Positions 62,865 to 64,000 of a stretch of DNA of 64,000 nt are shown in pieces; position 1 is the first letter of the stretch, and each line of letters begins with the position of its first letter. Source of the stretch: Diplonema japonicum (Eukaryota; Protista; Euglenozoa: Diplonemea); contig OZ025682.1 in the NCBI GenBank assembly GCA_964019335.1, positions 186,001 to 250,000 of the forward strand, in the 5' to 3' direction. Below the pieces are notes generated by a model. It was not told the origin of the DNA. It was given only the letters and a program-made list of their open reading frames with translations, and made no database searches. The position numbers and the translations under genes are program-made.

Positions 62865-64000
62865 CTTCCTTTACTTGTGCAGACGCTTGTGGGGGCTGCG
62901 ATACCAACGCTGTTGGGGTACAGCAACGGCACACAAAACCTTGCAGATGTTGTTGTGGTGGACGGCCTTGCGTACGCAGTGGGGAACGTAGGGTTGATAA
63001 TATACGACACCAAGAGTCTCGGAGAAAATGTGGTGGGGGTGCATGGCGCATCTGGGGCAGCCACGGGTGTCGCCCTGTCCCAGGACATCGCGTACGTCGT
63101 TGGCGGGAGGACGCTCACAATGCTGAACGTTTCTTCCCCAGGAAAGATGTCTGTTCTTGGTAGACACACGACGACCAACGCAATGCTGCACAAGGTGGCG
63201 GTGTCAGGGGATGTTGCCTACATCGCCACCGACCGTGGCGCTTTGATGATGAATGTCAGCAACCCGGAAGAGCCCTCCAGGATTGGGTGGGCAACCGCAA
63301 CCGGTCCTGTCCACGACGTGGTTGTGAAGACTGACTCCAACACACGGCACCTCTTCCTTGCAATGGGTGCCTCCGGGTTTGCTGTTGTCGACGTCACAGA
63401 CGAGAACAAGCCCGTCAACGTGCGTGTGGTCAACTCGACACCTGGACCTGCTGTGGGTATCGCTATAGCCAAACGACCCATCTCCGGTCAGACTCTGGTG
63501 TTCATTGCTTGTGGAACAGGCGGCCTTGCCGTGTACATTGATTCCAACCTCAACGGTGCGACCATGTATGCCGATGCCAATGTTACCAGTGTTGCGGTGT
63601 CTGTAGATGGGAAGGCAGCCTTCGTTGCCGACAGCAGGCACGGTGTTCTTGTGATCGACACCGATCCCATCCCCCTCACCAGCACCAGGAGTCTGCAGGT
63701 TGCGGGAAGAAAAGAGGCGGCAGGCACCGTGCCCCAAGGGTTGGACTTCGTCGAGGAGACCAACAATTTGATGGTTGCATATGATTCAGGGTCGCTTCAT
63801 AATATGAGTATCACGTCCACGACCCGTCCGTCACGTCTGGTGTCGAACAAGCAAGAAGGCCATGTTGAGGCCATTCACGGTTCAGGGTCGACACTCTTCG
63901 TCGGCAACAACGGGGAGCTGCAAATTTGGGAGCTGCAACGCAAAAATCTTCAATTGCTAGGGTCTGTCAGGGGCCCTAAGAGTTTCAGCGGTTCCATCCA
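62862..64000 (+). CDS. Secreted or surface LVIVD-repeat beta-propeller protein (3'-partial; absent from the ORF track)
   Basis: ATG after A36: MLPLLVQTLVGAAIPTLLG...DVVVVDGLAYAVGNVGLIIYD...VAVSGDVAYIATDRGALMMNVSNPEEP...GFAVVDVTDENKP. Coding-like sequence continues to the window end. Confidence 0.8.

Overview
Eukaryotic genomic DNA. About 30 protein-coding genes all lie on the + strand, separated by spacers rich in A, T and C homopolymers, and a few carry short GT-AG introns. This suggests a polycistronically transcribed euglenozoan, probably a diplonemid (inference). From left to right: the 3' end of a Na+/K+-ATPase alpha gene; a secreted allene-oxide-cyclase(AOC)/dirigent-like barrel protein; an apparently identical 8,332-bp tandem amplification (sigma-GST, theta-GST, double SGNH hydrolase, MetE; about 2.26 copies); a secreted Cys-rich repeat protein; two more AOC-like genes; three VDAC/porin-like genes; MRE11; an acylated EF-hand/NEK-like kinase; a kinesin; a second related cluster (theta-sigma GST fusion, two theta-GSTs, an expanded Cys-rich protein, an AOC-like gene); a GH18 chitinase-like gene; a HAUS6-like gene; two coiled-coil genes; UBE2C; and a partial LVIVD-repeat gene. 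The most unusual points are (i) introns whose 3' AG follows poly(A), (CA)n or (CAA)n tracts instead of a polypyrimidine tract, (ii) a repeatedly duplicated, fused and amplified GST/AOC-like/hydrolase/Cys-rich island, and (iii) twin VDAC genes that are homogenised except for one segment. All family calls come from motif recognition by eye; no database searches were run.
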